NCBI RefSeq assembly: GCF_009914755.1
Contig: NC_060930.1
DNA from: the human T2T-CHM13v2.0 reference genome, Homo sapiens
DNA length: 64,000 bases
Strand: one strand, 5' to 3'
The stretch's first letter is position 1, and every line of letters starts with the position of its first letter. The translations under genes were made by a program, and so were the position numbers. Positions 57,780 through 64,000 of the stretch are shown here, in pieces. A model generated the notes under the pieces. The model made no database searches and had not been told where the DNA came from. It saw only the letters and a program-made list of their open reading frames with translations.

Positions 57780-58080
57780 GAGTGAAAAGACACTGGGTGT
57801 GTTGGGGACTGGAGTGCCTCCCTTTATTTCCACAAGCCTCTGCTCCTGTGAATAATGCAATGATCACAGATACTGACTTCATGTTATGACCTGATTGAAA
57901 CCCAGACCCAAACCTGTCCTGGAGCATGTGATAAACCAGATGAGCCTGGAGTTCAGTTGTCACCACCTTCTCAAACACAGGCATCTTAATTAAAAAATTA
58001 TAAGCTATACTTTTGCCAAGGATTCAGATGAAACATCAAAAGGGTAGAAAAGGGTGTCTTTCTTTCAGTTAAAGGACAGG
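57780..58080 (-). mobile_element. Ancient L2/CR1-clade LINE reverse-transcriptase fragment
   Basis: Translation VFEKVVTTELQAHLVYHMLQDRFGSGFQSGH resembles the L2/CR1 motif LEKVV..QL..HL....L.D..QSGFR.GHS. Confidence 0.65.
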
Positions 58081-59399
58081 CCCAAGATTGGGGGATAAGA
58101 GTGGAAAATCAGGTAGGTGAGAATCCAGAGACAGACCAAAACTGAAGCTCATCCCTAGTGAGGGGACCTTTCCCATTTTGGAGACAGATTGTGCTGTACT
58201 GATGACCATGTGCATAAACAAGCCTCTTCTCTCCACTCTTCAACCTTGTCTTTAAAAACAGGCCTGTCCCAGCATGTGGGGAAAACATACAAAGCATGTT
58301 GAACTCAGATATGAATCTGAATGCTGTGGAAAACAGCCAAAAAAGTGGCATCTTCTCCACCACTGACGATCCTTTGCATCCCTCTCCTCCTTGCAGGTAA
58401 ATGAGAGCTGGAACTCAGCCTTGGCTCACAGCAGAAAACAATTCTAACCCAGGGCGCATCCACATTCGTGGGGAAATGTTCAAGTGCTTGATCATAGATG
58501 CAGAAAAAAAAAGTCTGATTTGTTGGCATCAGACCTAGTCTTTAGATGGGAAAACTAATAAACATCAACCTTGAAGACAAGAGACAAACATTTCTTCTCC
58601 AGAAATATACTGACAGTGACCTTATAGTCTTCAAACATTTGGGCCTTTAAAATAAACAGACTTTTGTAAAATATCTAATTAACAGCTAAAAGTTGTAAGT
58701 GAAGGCTGGAATATTGAGAAGATAAATAATTGGATTTCATTTATCTTCAATGCTCTAAATTTTTGCTTCTTCCACCTTTGCCTATAGGATGAACACATCC
58801 TGAGAATGCAGGCCCAGGCAGAACCAGGGACAACACAACTAGCAGACGAAGTTGAATAATGACTCTCACCCAGACCTCCCTTCACTTTGGTGCCCAGAAT
58901 TTGGTCTTGTAAAAGATTCAGACATCCATGCTTCTCTAATTAGAATAGGCTTTACTTCTATAGATAAGCACAGGTAAACCAGGAGATTAGAATCTATACA
59001 ATATACCTAGAACATCTTTTTAGAGCAAGTTTCACTTGAAGATTTAGGGGAAGGGGTGTTAAGAAATGTTCTTTCACTTTAAGAGCAAGTCCAGTGTTTT
59101 TAATATTGAAGTATGGATGACTTACAGGACTATGCCTAATTTGCAGGAAATTTGAATATAAAACACAAGACTTTTTGGTATTTTACTTTATGATGGGCTT
59201 TTGGGGTCCTCATCTGTAATCTTTCTGCAATACCAGCACAACCTTTCCATTTCAGTCGAGAAGTCTGGTCCACGATGTCCTAGGTAGACCATGAAGCTCT
59301 GAAGAACATGTGCCTTGCACTTGCTCCTGGTTCAATTTGTCCATTGCTCATCATAAATCTCAGAGACACCGGAGAGAACCAAGCATCACCAACAGTGAC

Positions 59400-59757
59400 T
59401 GATATGGTTTGGCTGTGTCCCCACCCAAATCTCATCTTGAATTGTAATCCCCATAATCCCCCCGAGTCGTGGGAGAGACCTGCTGGGAGGTAATTGAATC
59501 ATGGGGGTGGTTTCCCCTATGCTGTTCTCGTGATAGTGACAGAGTTCTCACAAGACCTGATGGTTTTATAAGCGTCTGGCATTTCCCCTGCTGGCACTCT
59601 TTCTCTCCTGCTGCTCTGTGAAGAGGTGCCTCCTATCATGATTGTAAGTTTCCTGAGGCCTCTCTACTCAGGCATAACTGTGTCAATTAACCTCTTTTCT
59701 TTATAAATTACCAGACTTGGGTATTTCTTCATAGCAGCATGAGAACATATGAATACA
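59400..59757 (+). mobile_element. THE1C/D-type solo LTR
   Basis: TGATATGGTTTGGCTGTGTCCCCACCC...AATACA; TSD GTGAC/ATGAC. Confidence 0.92.
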
Positions 59758-59884
59758 ATGACCAGTTATGGATGAGAAGTGCCCAACTGCACAATCTTAT
59801 CGATTTCATACCACCAGGTCTCACAGAAATGGTACGGAGATGTCTCAAGCAAGATCAAATCAGAAAAATCATGACTCCATGAGG

Positions 59885-60039
59885 AGCCAGGCACAGTGAC
59901 TCCCACCTGCAATCCCAGCTACTCAGGAGGCTGAGGCAGGAGAATCACTTGATCCCTAGGATTTGAAGCTGCAGTGAGTTATGATCATACCACTGCACTC
60001 CAACCTGGGTGATAGAGGGAGACTCTATCTCTTAAAAAA
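59885..60039 (+). mobile_element. Free Alu monomer (FRAM/FAM-like)
   Basis: Single right-arm-like monomer with short A-tail. Confidence 0.78.
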
Positions 60040-61479
60040 TATATATCCATAAGGGTAGAGGTCTTTATTTTGTTCATGAACTTATCCACCAAGCACATAA
60101 AACAGTTCATGCTCTGTAAACATATGTCGAAAATTAATTCTATATGCTACTTCCCCAAACATTATTTTCTAATTATCTTCCCAAATGGCTAGTTAGATGA
60201 AAATCAGTTGTCTCTTGTACCATTCTACATTCAGAAGGAATGAAAGGTATGCTATAAGGAAAGGGGAGTGTGAGTAACTAATTTGAAGGAAAAAAGTAAC
60301 CAAGGTTTTCAGTGTTTGTGGATGGATATATAGACATCTGTCCCTCTTTGAGTCATTGGGAATTTGACATCGTTTCCCAGAGCCAATAACTGTTTGTCCT
60401 GTTGGGAAGCCTCTGTCTTGCACCATCAGCCACATAGCAATCTCCTCTGCTCAGCAGTCACGCTCCCTTTCATCCACTCCTGATGAGGTCATTTCCTGCC
60501 TGGCTGAACCAGGGGCTTAGTTGAGAGTGAGCTGGCCAAGATTCAATCAGGGTAAGCCTGAAGCTGTGTGCTTGAACTGGGGAAACGCTTCAGGAGTCAC
60601 AGGAGCGATCTCTTCCATGTGCGGATGGGATGCATTTAACCCTTGCCATTGACAGTGACAGCTTTAGGTCAGGATGGAAGCAAGGCTTGAGGACACAACT
60701 GTGGGCTAGAAACCAGAACACCTGGGTGCCAGTGCTGGCTTCCACGATAAATACCTGGGGCTGTTAGGAGGATCAAAGCTTTGGGCAGGAGGCAGGTGTG
60801 GGGATTCTGAGGGAAGTTTTATTTTCCTCATGTGGACAATGATGGGGTTGGAATTTATTATCTCCAAGGTCCTTTCAGCTCTAATTTAATGTTGCTCCAG
60901 GCATCTCTGAGGATTTCTGAGATAGCCTGGATACCATCTGTGCTGGTGTGGAGGTCGCTACCTCCCGTTCCAAATGCTGGCCAAGGTGACTCTCAGGTGG
61001 ATTAACCAAAACCACAATTGGGGAAGAAGCTGAGGCTGAGTGCTGATGGCAGATGCCAAGAAAGTGCGACACAACCTGTCCACAACACTCTTGAAGATGC
61101 TCAGCCCGGCCATGCCTGCCAGTGTCCAGAGACACTGAGAGGGCCTGGGTGCCAGGCTGCCATGTAGGGCCGGGGAGGAGCCTACACAGGACGGTGCATC
61201 GGCAAGGAATGAGAAGTCAGAAAACTCTCCAAAGACACCTCAAAGGATTCTGGTCGGCCAACCAAGCACCAAGTGGTTTGTTTATGGGGCAGGAGAATAC
61301 GTATAAGTGGATGAGGCGGGGCCTTGGGAGAAATCCACTCTGAAGTGAGCCCAGATTATAGACCATCTGGAAGAGCAGCTAAGAGCACTCTGATGAACGA
61401 AGAAAGAGAAGGCATGCCGCTAAGACACCAGCACATGTTAGAAAGGTGCAGAGGTCAGGATGGCGTGATCCTGGAGTAA

Positions 61480-62990
61480 GAATAAATAACCAATCAATTG
61501 AACAGAATAAAGTAGAAGATCAGACCCATATTTCTATACACATTTCTATACAAATGTGTACAAATGTATACATTTCTAAACAAATGTGTTTCTATACAAA
61601 TGATAGCTACACATATAATAAAAGTTTGATTTTAACATTAGAAAGGAAAATAGATTCTTTAGTATAGGGCTCTATTCCTAACTCACATCATATACCAAAA
61701 TAAATTTCAAATAGATTACAGAGTGGCATACTGAAAATTACCAATGAAAGAATTGAAAGCAATATAACTAAATACCTATCCAATCCCTGTCAAGGGAGTG
61801 TTTCTAAGCATATGCACAAAAGAAGATATAATAAAGGAAAGGACACTATGTAGAACTGTAAGAAAATTAGAAATTCTCTCTAAAACTTAAAATGTAATAA
61901 TAATAAAATTTTAAAAAAAGAAATTCTCTCTATAGAAAGGAGCACTAACTAAATTAAAAGATGAACAATAAACCAGGAGGAGAGAAGTTAGAACAATTTG
62001 ACAGGCAAGTGATTAAAATTCTACATACGGGGCTTCTAACAAGTCTGTCTGCCTATCACTAGCTATGTGACTTTGGGGGGTCATTTAATTTCAGACTTCT
62101 ATTATATTAATAGGGATAATAATCAAATATATTTCAGAGGATTGCAAGGATTATAAAAGAAAATACATGAAAATTAGCATAGTAAAGGCTTACTAAATTG
62201 TGGCTGCCATTATTATCAAAAGTATTATTATATCATTATTTATTAGTATAATAAAAGAATACATGATATTTATATTTATATATAATAAATAAATTATTAT
62301 TATTAAATACCACAAGGGAATTAGAAACAAAAATTTGGAAAGGCATTTCAAACCAGAAGAATACAAATGGCAAACAAATGAAATGGGACCTGCTCATCAG
62401 CTGTCAAAACAGGTGTGTTTTTAAAACAATAATATTTTTAAATGACAACATATGGAGTATAGGGAAAATTCTCCTACCTTATTGGTATAAGTACACTTTA
62501 GTATAATCTTCCTGGAGGGCAGTTGGTATAAAACAATGTTTATATCATTTGACCTAATAATTCTACTTCTTTATCTAAGGAAACAATCAGATATACACCA
62601 AATAAAAAGGTATATCAAGATGATTCATTATAATAGCAAATACCAGAAGCAAGGCTCAACAAAGGAATGTTTATTTCATCCATGCAACGGAATTGTATCT
62701 AGCCGTTGAAAATCAAGTTGCAAAAAATATTCAGAGGCATGGGAACATGTTTACCATATTTGTTCAATGCAAAAAGGAAGCTAAATATCTCTTCTATATT
62801 TTATCTCAGTTTTATTTTAAAAATGAATCTTACAATACAGAAAAAGATCCATATAAATAAATATACATACATACCCATGTACTCATGTATGTATATGAAA
62901 CAAATACACTTTTATATCTATGTGGTAGAAATGCTAGTGATTTAATATTTTCTTTGTCTTTATTTTCTGAAATTCTTACTATTTATGTGT
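61480..62990 (+). mobile_element. Degenerate L1ME-type ORF2/3' region with a MIR at ~62040-62210
   Basis: CCAATCAATTGAACAGAATAAA, CCAAAATAAATTTCAAATAGATTA, TTTGACCTAATAATTCTACTTCT. Confidence 0.6.
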
Positions 62991-63827
62991 ATCATTTTAA
63001 TCAGAAAAAAAATACAACAAATACTATTTTAATAGACCCCGATGTCACTTTCCTCCTTATCTCATATTACTTTCCAAGCTATTACTTTTATGTCAAGTTG
63101 GAAATCAAGAAGGCCAGTAAATCACCCAGTTGAGGGTCTTATATGCACCCTACCTAAGGCCCAAGTGCCTCTCCGGAGAGTCTCTCTCTGGTGTTAAGTT
63201 GTTGTTTAACCCATACGATCATGCTGACTACCTCCTCCACTTTCTTCTCCTTCCCCTCCTTTTCAGGGAGTAGATGCCTACGCATAGAGTTTGGGATTTG
63301 GAGGCTCACAATCCTGAGCTAGAACCCCAGCTCTGTGTCTTCCTTGACCTTGGGCTCAGTGTTGTAAATGGAGCATGGGCTTGAGAAGAACTCTGAGAGT
63401 TTACATGCAAGAAAAGGGTTTGTGATGTAGACAATCTAGGGTATTTGGATTTTCTTCTTTCACGAGCGGGAAATAATGGAAACTTTTAAATCAGAAGAGC
63501 AATATGACCTTAGCAAAGTGTCGCTTAGTGAAGTATCTCTAGCAGCAGTATTGAAGAAAGACAAATGAGAGGAGGACACTGGTAACTCCTGAAAAGTTCA
63601 GCAAAGAGGATGAGGAATGGATCCAAGATACCACGACCGAAGTGGAGATACTGGTTGCATGCATGAGTGCATGACTGTGTGTATGTGCTCAAATGTGAAA
63701 GGAGAGAGAGAGGAACTAGTGAGAAGTCCTGGATTTTTTTGCTAAGGGAATTATTGGGATTCAAGCACTGCCAACCCAGTATCCACTCACCTATCTTCTT
63801 TCTTTTTTGATTTACTTACTTCTTCAA

Positions 63828-64000
63828 TTTATTTTTAATTGACAAATAAAAATTGTACATACCTGTCATGTAGATTATGTTTTGATATATGTATAGATTG
63901 TGGAATGACTACATCAAGCTAATTAATATATACATTATCTCACATACTTATTTTTGTGGTGAGAACACTTAAAAGTAACTCAGCAATTTTTAAGAATACA
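63828..64000 (-). mobile_element. L1MA 3' end, running off the window
   Basis: TTTTTAATTGACAAATAAAAATTGTACATA...GTGGTGAGAACACTTAAAA. Confidence 0.85.

Overview
Human genomic DNA: it carries an AluYa5 with all five diagnostic bases, plus AluS/Y, L1PA/L1M, THE1/MST/MLT/MER4 LTRs, Tigger3, Charlie1, MADE1 and MER elements. I recognise no protein-coding gene, so the window looks intergenic or deep-intronic, and almost all supplied ORFs are Alu, L1, LTR or low-complexity artefacts. The most notable items are: (1) a polyadenylated U13/SNORD13 snoRNA retrocopy at ~56.4-56.5 kb; (2) a degenerate L2/CR1-clade reverse-transcriptase fragment in a 172-codon minus-strand ORF at ~57.5-58.0 kb; (3) a ~190-bp local duplication whose second copy preserves the empty target site of a twin-primed, 5'-inverted L1PA; (4) a 21 x 38-bp near-perfect VNTR; (5) several nested transposon insertions; (6) repeat-free, motif-dense stretches that may be enhancers, and one candidate spliced exon. 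I cannot support a genuinely new biological system from sequence alone. Repeat subfamily calls are from recalled consensus sequences, not a database search, and boundaries of old repeats are approximate.
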